Positions 42,491 through 60,070 of a stretch of DNA of 64,000 bases are shown one piece after another (position 1 is the stretch's first letter; every line of letters begins with the position of its first letter). Source of the stretch: the human T2T-CHM13v2.0 reference genome, Homo sapiens; assembly GCF_009914755.1 (NCBI RefSeq), contig NC_060926.1; one strand, written 5' to 3'. Below the pieces are notes generated by a model that did no database searches, was not told where the DNA came from, and saw only the letters and a program-made list of their open reading frames with translations. Position numbers and translations under genes: made by a program.

Positions 42491-44502
42491 TTAGGCCTGA
42501 TGAAGGCACTCAGTAAACAGTAACAGTTCTCTTCTTTTTTAATTCAATTATTCAACAAACCTTTATTGACTAATTGTAAATAACTGGTGCTGGATGCTGG
42601 GAATACAAAGGAGCTTGTGGTTTAATGAAGAGACAGACGAATAAACATAAGCAATGTAGTAAGAATATTTTAATACTAGAGACCTATTCCTTCAACTGGT
42701 ATTATCTGAGCACTGCTGTGAACCAGACATTGCCAACTTTTAAGGTAAGACTGAATCCTAGTAGGAAAGGTCTCCAATTATTGATTCTATTTCTTTAATG
42801 AATCCAAGAGGATTAATGTTTTCTCTTTTAATCATGTCAGTTTTGTTGAGTTTTAAGAAAAATTTTCATCTATATTTTCAAATTTATTAGTAAAAATTTG
42901 TTTATGTATTTCATCATTGTTTTAATGTCTGTACAATCTGTGATGATGTCTCCTTTTTCATTTCAATATTAAACATTTGTGTCTTCTTTCTCTTGTCTTT
43001 TATTAATAACACCAAAGATTTATCAAACTTATTACTCTTCTATAAAATTAAATTTTGGCTTTTTAAAATTTCTTATAAACTTGTTTTCTATTTTATTAAT
43101 TTCTATTCTTATCCTCATTATTTTCTTCTTTCCACTTTTTTAGTTTAATATTCTGTTCTTTTCCTATCTTATAAAGATGAATTGTTGATTTTTAGCTTTC
43201 TTCTATAATAAATTTATTCAAAAGTTTATCTCTAAACAGGGCTTTATATGCATTCCACAAATTTTAATATGTCATATTTTTATCAGCATTCAGTTCAAAA
43301 TGTTTTCTAATGTCTGTGGTAATGCTTCTTTTAACCCATGGATTATTCATGATAGAACTGCTCAATTTCCAATCACTTAGAAATTTTCTAGTTGACATTT
43401 TTTTCATTAATTTCTAGTAATAATCCAATTGTGCTCACTGAATACATGCTGATATTCAATCTGATGTTCATCTGCTTTTCTATCTGATAAAATGTGTTGA
43501 GCCGGCCAAGCTATGGAAAATGTTTTATATAAGTTTTCTTCAGTTGCTGAGTGCAGTCTTCCATGTGTAAATACATATTTATATGTTAGATAATGTTTGC
43601 TATTGCTCAAATCTTCCATATTCTTCTCTCTGCTCAATCTGTTACTTAGAAATGTTATGTTAAAGTCTTCCACTTTAATTGTTGTTTTGTCCATTTAGTA
43701 CTGTCAATGCTTGCTTTATATATTCTGAAGCTATTCCATTTGATACATATAATATGGAAATTATTATATCTTCCTTAAAGATTGAAACTTTTACCATTAT
43801 TACTTATCTCTCTTTATCACCTATAATGCTTTTTTGTCTTGTAGTCCAGTTTTTCTGATGTTAATTTCATTATATCAGCTTTCTTCTGGTTGCTGTTTGC
43901 ATGACATATCTTCTTCAATCCTTTTTCATTCGACCTTTCACTGTGCTTATATTTAACCTCTGAGTAGCAGAGCAAAATATTTATCTTTGCATCCAGTCTT
44001 ACTATCTTTGTCATTTAATTGGTGTCATTCATCTGCTCACATTTAATGTAATGATTGATCTGAGTTAAATCATCTATACTATTGTTTTCTTTTTCTTGCA
44101 TTATTTTGGATTGTGTGGTTGCTGTTATCTTTATTCCTCTCTATTCACTAGTTAGTTACACATTCTTTTTACTACTAGAGGTTATTCTATGATTACAATA
44201 AGCAATCTTAATTTTTTTAAGTCTAATAGCATTTTTACCATTTCTTAGACAATAGAACCATAGAATAATTGAATTCCATAAATTCTCTCTCATACTTTGT
44301 GCTGTTTTGTTATATACTTTTAAACCAGCAGCATATAGTTAGCATTGGTTAATACAATCAATATTCATTTGGATACATCCATATGTTTACTCTTATAGCT
44401 TTTTATTTCTTTCTGCATTTTTATGCTTTCAATAGGGATTATTTTCCTTCTGTGTGAAGTACTTCATTAGTGGTTCTTGTAGTACAGATCTCCTGAAGAT
44501 AA

Positions 44503-44839
<337 letters not shown>

Positions 44840-44870
44840 TACATTCGTTTTTGAAGGATATATTTTTTAG

Positions 44871-45289
<419 letters not shown>

Positions 45290-45896
45290 CTTCCATAGTT
45301 AAAAAGTCAACTATCAGATTTATTGTGGCCTATTTGACAGTAATACATCTCTTTATTTGATCTAATTTTATGTTTTTCTTTTTTGTTTGTTGATTGGTTT
45401 GGTTTTTTGCTATGGGTTTCAGCAGTTTTATTATTATTTGCCTACATATGTTTTTCTTGATACTTATCCTGCTCTGAGTCCTTTGCACTTCTCCAATATG
45501 TGGCTTGAATTCTCTAATTAGTTTAGAAATTGCTCAGCCATTATATTCTCAAACATTGCTTCTGCGCTATTCTCTTTCTTCTTCTGGAACTTCAACTACA
45601 CATATGTCAGACCTTTGTCTCACATATTTCTTATATTCTTTTCTACATGTTTCTTTTATTCTATATAAACACTTCCTTATTCTCTACATGCCAAATTACT
45701 TTCTCTTTAGCCATACCAAATATTCCATTAAGCTACCCATTAACTTTTTTCAGTTATTTACTTTGACTTCTAGAATTTTTACAGGATATTTTTTTGCAAT
45801 TGCTAGTTCCTCCTTGACGACTAATTAGAGTTATTATAAAGTCCATGTTAACAGAAGTATCTGGATCTCTTGAGAGTGTATTTCTATCATTCTTTT

Positions 45897-46332
45897 TTCT
45901 TTAACTTCAAAGAGTTTATTTTAATTATTAGTTGGTACTGCATTTCTAGAAACTTTGGTGATCCCAAAACAGCACACCAATAGACATGACCGATATGATA
46001 CTGACAAAATGCATATCTCACTGGTCAAGCAGAAATATTTCCTTTTGCAAATGTTCTGAGGAACAATGATTAAAATTATACAAGGACTGAAAATATAATT
46101 TTAATAAAGCAAACATAAACTGCACGTGTAAAGGGGAAACATCAAAGCTGGCAAGAGTCTTTTGGCTTTCTTAAAAATCGTATCCTTATAATTCACTAAC
46201 TCTCAGAGGATGAAGTATCATTCTAGGAAAACTAAAATGATTGCAGATTGTTTTTCCTATGATGCTTTATGTATCAGAGTAACTTGTAAATTCTGGTCTG
46301 CTGTTATTTGGCCATCACTTTCCTTGTCCGAG
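45897..46332 (-). other. Retroposed unique-sequence insert (3'UTR-like retrocopy or L1 3' transduction)
   Basis: Non-repeat segment between two L1s. Minus-strand AATAAA at 45915-45920 lies ~13 nt before an A-rich tail. Direct repeat TCATTCTTTT at 45887-96 and 46333-42. Confidence 0.6.
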
Positions 46333-46336
46333 TCAT

Positions 46337-49122
<2,786 letters not shown>

Positions 49123-49325
49123 GTTCAAGCGATTATCCTGCCTCAGCCTCCCGAGTAGCTGGGATTACAGGCACGTGCCACCATGCCCAGTTAATTTTTG
49201 TATTTTTAATAGAGACAGGGTTTCACCATGTTGGCCAGGATGGTCTCAATCTCCTGACCTCGTGATCCACCCACCTCAGTCTCCCAAAGTGCTGGGATTA
49301 CAGGCATGAGCCACCATGCCAGGCC
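49123..49325 (-). mobile_element. AluS lacking its 3' part, fused directly to the L1
   Basis: Begins abruptly at ttcaagcgatt with no tail. Confidence 0.9.
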
Positions 49326-49326
49326 C

Positions 49327-50106
49327 AGCTCTTCTTTTAAAGGACTCACTTGATTAAGTCAGAGCTACCCATAATAATCTCTCTTTTGTCATTTAAATGT
49401 AACATGATCACATGAGTGATATGATTAATTTTGTGTGTCACCTTGACTGAGCTAAGGAATGCCCAGAAAGCTGGTAAAATATTATTTCTGAGTATGTCTG
49501 TGAGGGTATTTCTGGAAGAGATTAGCATTTGAATCAGAGATTAAGTAAAGAAGATCTACCCTCACCAATGTGGGTAGCCATCATTTAATCCAAAGAGGGC
49601 CTGAATAGAACAGAAAGGCAAAGGAAAAGCAAATTCCATCTTTTGTCTTGAGCTTAGACATCCATATTCTCCTGTATTGATACATTAGCGCTCCTGTGTT
49701 TCGAGCCTTTGGATCCAGGACTTACATCAGAAGCTGCCCACCTCTACTCCACTCCCAACTTCCTTATTCTCAGGCCTTTGGTCTCAGACCAGAAGTTACA
49801 CCATTCGCTCCCCTGGTTATAACAGACCTGCAAACTGAGACTGAATTGCACCACTGGCTTTCCTGTTCTCCAGCTTGCAGTTGGCAGATCATGGGACTTC
49901 TCAGCCTTCATAATTGCACGAGCCAATTCCCATAATAAATCTCCTCATCCACATATATCCTATTGGTTCTGTTTCTCTGGAGAACCCTAACTAATAAAAG
50001 TAATGTCTCATATTCACAGGTTCTATCCCTACTCGAGAAAATTATACAGGACTCATACATCCAGAGGTACAAATCTTAAAGGCTAGCTAGTATCCTACTT
50101 ACCACA
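49327..50106 (-). mobile_element. MLT1 (D/E/F-like) LTR remnant split by MLT2 (49327-49419 and 49999-50106)
   Basis: ttttaaaggactcacttgattaag...aacatgatcacatgagtga, resuming tctcatattcacaggttct...cttaccaca. Confidence 0.7.
49420..49998 (+). mobile_element. MLT2B-type (ERVL) solo LTR
   Basis: ttaattttgtgtgtcaccttgactgagctaagg...ctattggttctgtttctctggagaaccctaactaata; TSD agtga/agtaa. Confidence 0.9.
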
Positions 50107-50430
50107 ATCCATGTTGTTGCATGTATGAGTGGTTCAGCATTTATATTGCTGAGTAGTATTCTACTGTATGAATATACTACGATGTGTTTATCCACTCTCC
50201 TGTTGAGGGACATTTGGAGACACAGTACAAATATTGGTTCTGCCATTTACTACCTATGTGATTTTGGATGAATCATTTGATATCCATATGCCTCAATTTC
50301 CTCACCTACAAAATGATAATTGTACCTATTTTATGGGGTATCTATAAGAAGTAAATCAGATAATCCAATAAAAGTAGTTCCCTGGTACACAGAAAGTTCT
50401 TTATAGGCATTAACCATTATTATCAATATT
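50107..50430. mobile_element. L1M fragment (-, 50107-50217) followed by MIR (+, ~50225-50430)
   Basis: atccatgttgttgcatgtat...gctgagtagtattc; ttctgccatttactacctatgtg...cctcaatttcctcacctacaaaatg. Confidence 0.75.
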
Positions 50431-50526
50431 ATTGCTAACTGGAAAAATATTAGGATTAATTGAATGAAAATAAATAAACACATTAAAAAAATAGTGACAT
50501 TAGATATTTATTTTTAATTAAATGCC

Positions 50527-50824
50527 TTTTTTTTCTTTTTTTTTTAGATAGGGTGTTGCTCTGTCACCCAGGCTGGAGTGCAGTGGCACAATCTTGGCTC
50601 ACTGCAACCTCCGCCTCCTGGCTTCAAGTGATTCTCATGCCTCAACCTCCTGAACATCTGGGATTACAGGTGCCAGCTATGACACCCGGCTAATTTTTGT
50701 ATTTTCAGTAGACACAGGGTTTCACCATGTTGGTCAGGCTGGCTCAAACTCCTGACCTCAAGTGATCTGCTCACCTCGCCTCACAAAATGCTGGGATTAT
50801 AGGTGTGAGCCACCGTGCCTGGCC
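50527..50824 (-). mobile_element. Alu (S-type)
   Basis: Full Alu in reverse; TSD taattaaat(gc/tac)ctttt. Confidence 0.95.
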
Positions 50825-52252
50825 TAATTAAATTACCTTTTAACAAGTTTAGTGTCACAGAACTTGTTTAAGATTATTGCATTCTGTAGACTATTTTGCG
50901 TATTGGCCACTGGGGAAGCATGCAGGAAATACAGACCAAACAGAACTAGGTTAAAAATACAAAGGAGAGGTATACAACATAAAACTGTGCTAAATCAAAA
51001 ATACGACTATTGCACATGATTTATGTCATGCTCACAGTGGAAAATGCATGTGAGACCAGAATGAATAACCATGAACCCAATATGGAATTATAGCACATTT
51101 TAGTCAAATATCTCTATTGTCCCAGGGTTCTTCTGACAATGTGTAAAACCCATGTCAAGACTTAGTCAGCATTTGTGATCCTTTAGGAACTTTGTTTTAG
51201 GCTAATAAATTAATCTGTTGCATCATTTAAAATCCCCGTTTTCTATTTAAAGCAATTAATATGAGTAGGTTAGTTCTTTCTAGAGTCTTTGCAACCACTT
51301 CATGGAGTGATTAAAGGAAAATATATAGATAGCACCTATCAGCTATCAAAGCACATTCCCGAACAGTAATTAATTTTCTCATTTCCAAATGCTAAGATTA
51401 AATTTTTACTAAGTGAATGACTAATAAAATTTAATAACAGAAATAAAATAAGTTCCAAGTAACAGAAAAATATCATTATCAAACATGTGTTGGAAATTGA
51501 GAATTTTAATTTTAATCTCATTTTAGTTTTTATACTATACTGCTGAAAACTTGAAATTGATGCTTTTAAAATATATTTCTTCTACTATTTTATATTTTTG
51601 GTAACAGCATATTTCACAAATACATGAAGAAGTGGTAGACTCCATCTTTGGGATAATACCATCACTGGGATAAGACACTACTAAAAGTTGGCTTATGTTT
51701 AGAAATGTCTAAGATCATCAAAAAGCATATATTGCTAAAATTGTTAACTGGTTTTAGTGTATTTTTCCTGCCACAAATTATATTCTTAACATTGTACCCC
51801 TCCTTATTCTAAAATCAAGTTCTTCTCCCTGCTAAGCTTCACCAGAAAATGTACTTCTTTGGCTCTTATGAGAAAATTTCTATCTGGAAAAAGTTCTATA
51901 ACTAAACATGATTGACACAGATCTGACCTGTAGCCATGTAACTAGGAAAATTACTTGAAAATTGTTTTAAACTGACCGACTTATACATTAAAAGCCTCTT
52001 GAACATGATGTTATTCAAATACAAAATGCCAAAAAGCAGCTATTAATTTGTTACTAGAGTTTCCAAGGTGTGGGAAATTCAGCAATGATGATGCAAGATA
52101 ATCTCTTGTCTTAACACTGTTGAGACAAAGTACACACAGAGAAATCATCACAAAAGCACTGAGAGAGATGGAGATGTAATTTATAGGTGCTGAAGAAACT
52201 GGAAGGATCACTTCCTATAAACTAAAAGGAAAAAGAAACCTAATTGGCTTGC

Positions 52253-52303
52253 CTGTTTGAATATTCAAACAGTTGATGAATGAATATGTTGAATATTCAT
52301 TCA
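52253..52303. repeat. Perfect 20-bp palindrome followed by an 11-bp-stem hairpin
   Basis: ctgtttgaat|attcaaacag (52253-72); tgaatgaatat-gttga-atattcattca (52277-303). Confidence 0.95.
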
Positions 52304-54497
52304 AATATCTATTTAACATGTATTAACTTATACTGTCTGTACTGGCCAAGTTCATTCCAAACAGGACATGCATATGAAGATTTGTTAGTGGCTGTATCTC
52401 AGAAGGTGTTTTAAGCTTATACTAAATTTTCAATAAAATGGTTAATGTTTTTCACTATTTTTAGGCAATTTGCTCCAAGTAAGCATCCAAACTCCATACC
52501 TGTAAAGGTTTTTTTTACAAAGTGCTATTTAGTTAAAAAGGTAAATGATGTAGGAAGTACATGATAAGAAGAAACTGCAACGTTTTAAAATCCCTTGCCT
52601 TGAGCCTGGAAAGCTTAAGAATATGGGGGAGGTGGAGGGAAGTGTTTACATCACTCAAAACATAGCTACAGCTGTTTTGAATCACAGGCGAGGTTTTAAA
52701 AATGTTCTTAAAACTGAGCTCAGAATACCTAAAGAGAGGTTCCCTACACATTGAAAGGGACATCTACCTTCTTCAAAACATAGTTTTCTAAGTTACTACA
52801 TTATTTGGCTTTGTTTTAATGTGACCAATTTAATGTTTTAATGGCAAAAGATAAGACTCTTTCTGCCTTTGAAAAAACCAAAATGCTCCATCGTCCCAGC
52901 AGCTGTGTATGATTAAGAATGTAAATAGACTCAAGAGGCTGATTCCATCTCCAGGTCCTCTGTTCATGAATCACCTACCCAGAGACATAATTTTAATGGA
53001 AATAGAATTTCTTTCTAAAGCAACAAATAAATTAACTTGCAGGAATACTGCAGCAAGACAACTCCTCTTTACTAGCTCTGTTGTACTGAACAAAACCAGG
53101 CTCCATTTCCTTTGTTTTAAGACATTTTTAACAGTTGACCTGTAGTCAGGAAATGAGAATTTCTCTGTTTTTCATTTTCTGGGAAAATAAAAATATTAAG
53201 GCTGCCTTTCCAGTAACAGCAGCTTAAATTCCAGACCTCGTTATGGCAAGTGAAAGACCTTTTACTGAGGATGCAATATTTTTGATAGTGAAAGTAGACT
53301 GCATTACTTCAGGCTGTTCAAACCAAGATTGAGTTGACTGGCTCTGCTTACCTGGCCATCCTTGACCTAGATTTGTGTGTTTGATTTACAGATCAAAATG
53401 AAATCCTCTCTAATCTGGGGCTGCAAAGAAATTGTGCTGTATTATTTATCCAATTGTTTAGTGCAAAGGACCCATTTCAAGTAAGTGAAGGATAATCCTA
53501 TATGAATACAAAACTTCAGTAAAAATAATAAGTTATCTGAAATCAGAGGCTCTAGCTGGAACTGAAGCTAAAAGCAAATTAATTCAGTCTCACAGACATT
53601 ACTGTACTGCCCATTAAATATAAACCATAGTGCTTGGCCATACACCCAGTTTTGATTTCTGCCTCTCAGATGGTGTGATGCGGGAAGAAAGTACATACAT
53701 GGCATTAATATGTAAATAGAGTTGCCATACTACATTAGAATCAGACTCAAAACATTCTGTGACTATTAATTCTTAATACTGGTCTGAAGACCACAGGATA
53801 TGAATCATAAAAAGGAAAGCAACTCAGAGAATAAAATTCAGTGGCCATGGTGACCATTAATAGTCATGTTTTAGGTTGGAATTTAATAAATATTAAAATA
53901 ACATAAATTATATGTACTAATTTATCTTTTTACTATCACCCTTACTTTACACCATCTTTCTAAACACTGGCTAAAAGTCATACAGGATACAATCACCATC
54001 ACTAATATTCTGTTGGTCTCATGTAGAACAGCGGCTGATAGTGATGAAAGGCACTTCATTTAATATGAACACGATCAATTAACCACATTATACTGAGTTA
54101 TCCAGATATATTTGTGAGTCTGTCAAATTTTTTGATATAATGAACTGAATTATTAATTCAACTGGTCCTCTTGACTTTGGTTGCAGAAACCCAGCCTGAA
54201 AACAAAGCAAAATGGAATAGGTAGTGTGTCCACAGTCTGATTACAAGTATAATTTTTGTGACTATAGTCATTTACCTGAAAAATGCACCCATTCATTCCC
54301 TTATTTGAAGTTTCATTTATAAATTTTTCACTCCATGGCATTTATCCTTCTTTAGAGATATACTTTCTTCTCTTGTCTGAAAATCACCGTAGGTTTTTGT
54401 TTCAACAGAAAATTACACTCACAAAATGACACAAGATAGATTCTGCTCACAGAATTCTAGAAAAAGCCTGACATTTTATAGATTTTTATAAATTTAC

Positions 54498-54672
54498 TTT
54501 TTTTTTTTTTTTTTTTTTTTTAGAGATAGGATCTGGATCTGTTACCCAGAGATGAAATACAGTCGCATGATCATAGCTCATTGCAGCCTCGAATTCTTGA
54601 GTACAAGCAATTTTTCCAACTCAGCCTCCTGAGTAACTGTGACTACAGGCACCATACACCTCACCCAGCTTA
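54498..54672 (-). mobile_element. Alu right monomer (FRAM or truncated AluJ)
   Basis: T24 tail, right arm only; flanks taaat(tt/cc)act. Confidence 0.85.
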
Positions 54673-55597
54673 AATCCACTCTTAATGCTAAAGCACATGC
54701 CCTAGTCAGTCAGGAATGCAAGTTTCATTGTTCAATTAGCATTTTCTATAGTATTCTGTAAGGAATTAATGAAATAAGAAAATTATCGTTAGTTTGTCAT
54801 TAATACTTTCTGTGAGAAGTCTTAGAAATGAGATTTAGATTTTTACTTCTAACTGGGAAACAAGATGGAAAAACTTCAATAATTGCATAAATTCAGAATA
54901 GAACTACTACTTAATTTCTTAAAAACTATTCACTTAATTCTAAAAATGGAATTATTTTAATGGAAAAATAAAAATACAAGCTTTATAACACCTTTTTATA
55001 ATACTGAATTTATTTGTGACAAATTAACCAATTATTTTTTAAGTGGCTTTCCTAATGAAATTACTGAAGCTTTGCTGTTTATGTATGAAATCACTCAAGC
55101 AGACTTGAAAACCTAAAGAATGTCATAATAGTTTTCCATCCACACCCAAACCACAGTTTGATGGAAACTTTAAAATGGAAAGTAGAGCACTTAGAATCTG
55201 TTTGCTTTATAATTATAATTCAGGCTGAAAAAATAGAGTTCAATGTCATGCAATTAATGGAAGAGAGCAATATGAAAGCTTCTCTCTTAGAAGTATGTTG
55301 TATTCTGTACATGAAATACTTCGAGTCACACTTTCAATCAGAAGTAGAGGAATTTAACTTATTTTTATAAGATAAGTTATGAAAAGAGAGAGCTACTGAA
55401 TCATTTCCACCAGTGATACTAAAAGCTAGATAAAATAACATAGAATTTATTTTTTAACATAACTTTCTACATATACACTTTGAAATCTGTTTTACTTTGA
55501 GAGGAAAATATTGTCTAATTAAATTATTTCCATCATATTTAATGTATACTAGAGATATCATTTAGTCATCAAACTTGGCCATTAACAAAAGACAACT

Positions 55598-55870
55598 TAT
55601 GCCATGTAATCCCAGAGCTTTCAGAGGCCAAGTTGGGAGGATTGCTCAAGGCCAGGAGTTCAAGACCAGCCTGACCAAGACCCCCATCTCTACAAGAAAA
55701 TGAAAAAAAATTAGCCGGGCATGGTGGTGCATACCTGCAGTCCTAGCTGCTGGGAAGTCGGAGGCAGGAGGATTGCTTGAGCCCAGGAGTTCGAGGCTGC
55801 AATGAGCTATGATCACACCAATTCACACTAGCCTGAGCGACAGAGTGACACCCTGTCTCTTAAAAAAAAA
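55598..55870 (+). mobile_element. AluJ
   Basis: gggaggattgct..aggccaggagttc; ttgagcccaggagttcgaggctgcaatgagctatgatc. Confidence 0.92.
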
Positions 55871-56249
55871 GACCAAATAATTATCAAATAAACACTAATA
55901 GAGCATTATAATCATATATCTGCCACATTTTTCAATAATGCTTTGTTTTTTTAATCTAGAAGTTAGATATATGGACTTTAGTGATTTGATATAAAGACAA
56001 ACTCAAGGCTTGTTTATGTTTACATAACAAAACAAAAATTATGTGAATATATATGCAATTGCCTAAATTTTTAGTGAATTGATGTATTTTATGAATGCAA
56101 TTAGAAGGTAACTCAGTAACATTAAGAATAACTAAATTTTTACAGTACAAATGGTCACATATTATCCTCTTGAAGTAATATGTCAAAGTACTTTAAAATT
56201 ATAATTATTAACTTTAAATTAAAGAAAATTTTGCATTTATATTTCCAAC

Positions 56250-56700
56250 TGTTTAAGCATGACTAAATCTGGCCTCATCCTTTCTTTCTAGTCTCAGCAC
56301 CGAATTACTCCCTCCATGTGTCTCTAAGAAAACCATATCAGTGTTTTTTTATGTTTCCCAAACCCATCATACTAGTGCTCATTTCATTCTGCTACCTGGA
56401 AAATACCTTCCATTTTACTGCCTAGATAAATTATCCTCCATCTTTAAATGATGATATTAATAATATTGACGCCCAACTCCAATATCACCTTCTCTGTAAA
56501 GTCTTCTTTATTTTCTCAGAAATATAGATTGGCTCTTCTGTGCTGACAGATTTTTTTCTTTGCCAATATAATAATAAATTATGATTTGATGTCTATGTGC
56601 TTTAAACCTAAGTTACAACGAATGTTCCTTAAGACTAGGACCTGCTTCAATCGTTTTTTTTATTCTAGCACAATACCTGAGATAGAATCTCAACAAATAT
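56250..56700 (+). mobile_element. L2 3' fragment
   Basis: ctacctggaaaataccttcc...aatatcaccttctctgtaaagtcttct...tctagcacaatacctg...ctcaacaaatat. Confidence 0.6.
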
Positions 56701-57831
56701 CTTTTAAAAGAGAAAGGGAAGGGCAGAGCAAGAAGGAAAAGAAAGTAGTTAGGTGTTCATTCTAATAACTCCACCTACTTTTTTTTGGAAAATTATCAGA
56801 AGCACAAATTATCACATGGTTGGAAATCTATGAACTATCACCAGCACAATTCAGATGTCGGTAGACTTTCAAAGTATTTCACATATCAATATAGCATTTT
56901 AATATTTGGAACTATAGCAGTAAGAAGTTATATAGGTGTTGAATCAACATCTGACTATTACTGCAAGTCTTTGGGAAAATAGAAGTTCTGAGTTATTACT
57001 CAAATGATAATATCAATAAGATCTTGTTTGATTTTTTTTAAAAAGCACATGATTAGGGTGAACAGCTTTCTAATTAAAAAACAGTTAAACAAAACTTGGC
57101 ATTTATAGGAAAGAAAATCATATTGTTTTTAAGAAAAGAGTTTCAAGTACTAGCTAACATTTACTTCAAGCAACAGTTTCCCAGGAATGAATTGCTACAT
57201 ACTAATGGGGTCAAAGACACTAGACGATTCTCCAGAGGCCCTTTTCTATGGAAAGGGGCTTCCAAAATAGTGGGAGCGGAAAAAGAAGCTAGGGAACTGT
57301 TTCTTCATGCACCAAATGCCTTCTCAGAGTACTAACATCTGTTTCAGTTTACATACTTTAAGTATGACTTTACACATGGAAATTAAACTTAGGCATCATG
57401 CCTAAGAAGAGGCCTGTCTGCAAAAGAACAACGTGTACTATCACCAGCTGGAATTTGTATAGGTCCACATTCTACAAGCACAATATCCTGTGAGCCGCAG
57501 TCCCAAAATCCAAATGTCACAAAACATCATCCTAACGTTCATGAAATGTTTATAGTAGAGAGGGAAAAGACAGTGAGAAAGAGGAATATAATTGAGAAAC
57601 AATATGGAGAAGTTCTAGAATTTAAGATGCAAGAAATACTTTTGTACATAAAGACCACTAAAAATCCAAAGATCTTTTTGCATTTATTTATATTAAGAAA
57701 TACTCATTCTATAACATTCCACTAAGTTTATTTATTAGACATTTACAATATTTTTTGATTCACTAACAGAATAATTATAATCTCTGGTTAGGCAAGCATA
57801 ATGCAAACCTGCAAAAATAATGATGCTCCTT

Positions 57832-57866
57832 TGCTGCCACCATGTGGTCTGTCTGTATTTTTGCAG
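57832..57866 (-). promoter_or_regulatory. Candidate CTCF site
   Basis: Minus strand ctgcaaaaatacagacagaCCACATGGTGGCAGCA: two core mismatches to CCACCAGGTGGCAG, plus an upstream TGCA-type module. Confidence 0.35.
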
Positions 57867-57999
57867 TTGTGGCTTCAGTTTCTAAATAATTTCACACTTG
57901 GTTCTGAAGCCATCAACATCAGCTCAGATCTCTAGTATGAAAATACCATTAAAAACTTGAAGAATACAAGATCTTCTGCAATGTCATTTACATACCAAT

Positions 58000-58520
58000 G
58001 AATTGCCAATCAATTGATAGTAAACAGGAGCCAACAATGTAGGAAGCATTGTATTATGTTACCTAGAAAAACAATACATTGTCTTGTGTTCAAAGAGCAC
58101 ACATCTCTTAACATCAAAACATAGAAAAATCAAGGACTAATACGCAGCGACTCAAGAATTATTATATAATTGGATGGCAGTGAGTCGTAAAGAAAACTTC
58201 CAAGTTCTCTGAGTGGAAAGTAGAAAGGTGCCTGAGAATGTTCGTGGAAGAGAATGGAAAAGTTGTATGGCTGTTAGAAGAGAGTTAGATAGATAGTATG
58301 AAAGCAAGAGAGCATTTTAGGTAGAGGTAACATTAAGTAAAGGTCCAGATGTAGAATCTTTAATGAATATTCACAGAATAATTTCTATAGTGAAGTTTAT
58401 GAAGTCAAAACAAAGAAAATAGATTAGAAAGATAGGTCGGGTCAATTTATGACAAGCCTTTATTGCCAGACCAAGAAGCCTGGATTTTAGCCTATAGATC
58501 AGGGAAGCTATTGATTCAAC
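58000..58520 (-). mobile_element. L2 fragment
   Basis: gagcattttaggtagaggtaaca...aagcctttattgccagaccaagaagcctggattttagcctatagatcagggaagctattga. Confidence 0.6.
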
Positions 58521-59034
58521 ATACAAATTTTTTCCCATTGTAGATATAATTCCTCTGCCACATGAACATCTATGAATGTATGTAAAAATAACTTATTTCC
58601 CAAACAGAGAATACTCCAGCAGTTAGGATCCTCTAATCACTCATCCCAAGTAAGTAATTTATGGTTACAAGAGCCCTGAAATCAAAGTCAACCAGTAAAT
58701 CACTGCCAAATCTCCAGGGAAAAAAAATTAAATAAGTATTAAAAAGGATGACGACTGGGCCCAAGGAGATGTGAGACCTTCCTAATAGTCCACTGAGGTC
58801 TTCTGTTCTGAGAAGATAAGGTGTGCATTGCAGGGAAGAAGAAGAATTTTAACAAGGAAAACAAAAGAAATTTACGCTCATTAGAACCTTTCACAGCGAA
58901 GTACAATGTAATTTGTGTTAGGGAGGGGCCGGGTTCAGTAAAAAGGAATTAGCGGCCGGGACAGGCATGAAGTAGGACTCAGATGTCCAGGTAAAAGTAA
59001 CAATCCCAGCATTGAATCCATTCACTTAAAATGA

Positions 59035-59473
<439 letters not shown>

Positions 59474-59767
59474 TAAAGTTCAAATAACAGCTCTTCAGTC
59501 TTCGCAAGTGTAAAATCAAAGGGGAAATTTACATACAACCCTCTTGAGGAAAAATAGTAATTATCAAAGAAATACTGTAAAAATTCATATTGTAAATATA
59601 AACATTTTCCTAATTGTAACATAATATGCACAGATGGTTCCTGCTCATTATTACAAAAACAGCTCTCTACATTAATATTCAAAATAGCAATACTCTTTCC
59701 TTTATTCTTGGACAGCTTTCAAACTGCTTTCTGGGACCCTAAAGACCCTAAGAATGTTTCCCTTCTA

Positions 59768-60070
59768 AGCTGGGCGCAGTGGTTCTCGCTGGTAATCCTA
59801 GCACTTTGGGAGGCCGAGGATCACTTTAGGTCAGGAGTTCAAGACCAGCCTGGCCAACACGGCAAAACCCCCGTCTCTACTAAAAATACAAAAATTAGCC
59901 AAGTGCGGTGGCATGCGCCTATAATCCCAACTACTCGAAGGCTGAGGCCTGAGAATGGCTTGAGCCCGGGAGACAGAGGTTGCATTGCAGTGAGCCGAGA
60001 TCGCACCACCCCACTCCAGCCTGGGTGACAGAGTAAGACTCTGTCTCAAAAAAAAAAAAAAAAAAAAAAA
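59768..60070 (+). mobile_element. AluS
   Basis: 18-bp TSD aagaatgtttcc(c/g)ttcta (59750-67 / 60069-86). Confidence 0.96.

Noticed and set aside
57388-57406. Short palindrome cttaggcat-c-atgcctaag
   Set aside because: 9-bp arms with no context; plausible by chance in 64 kb.
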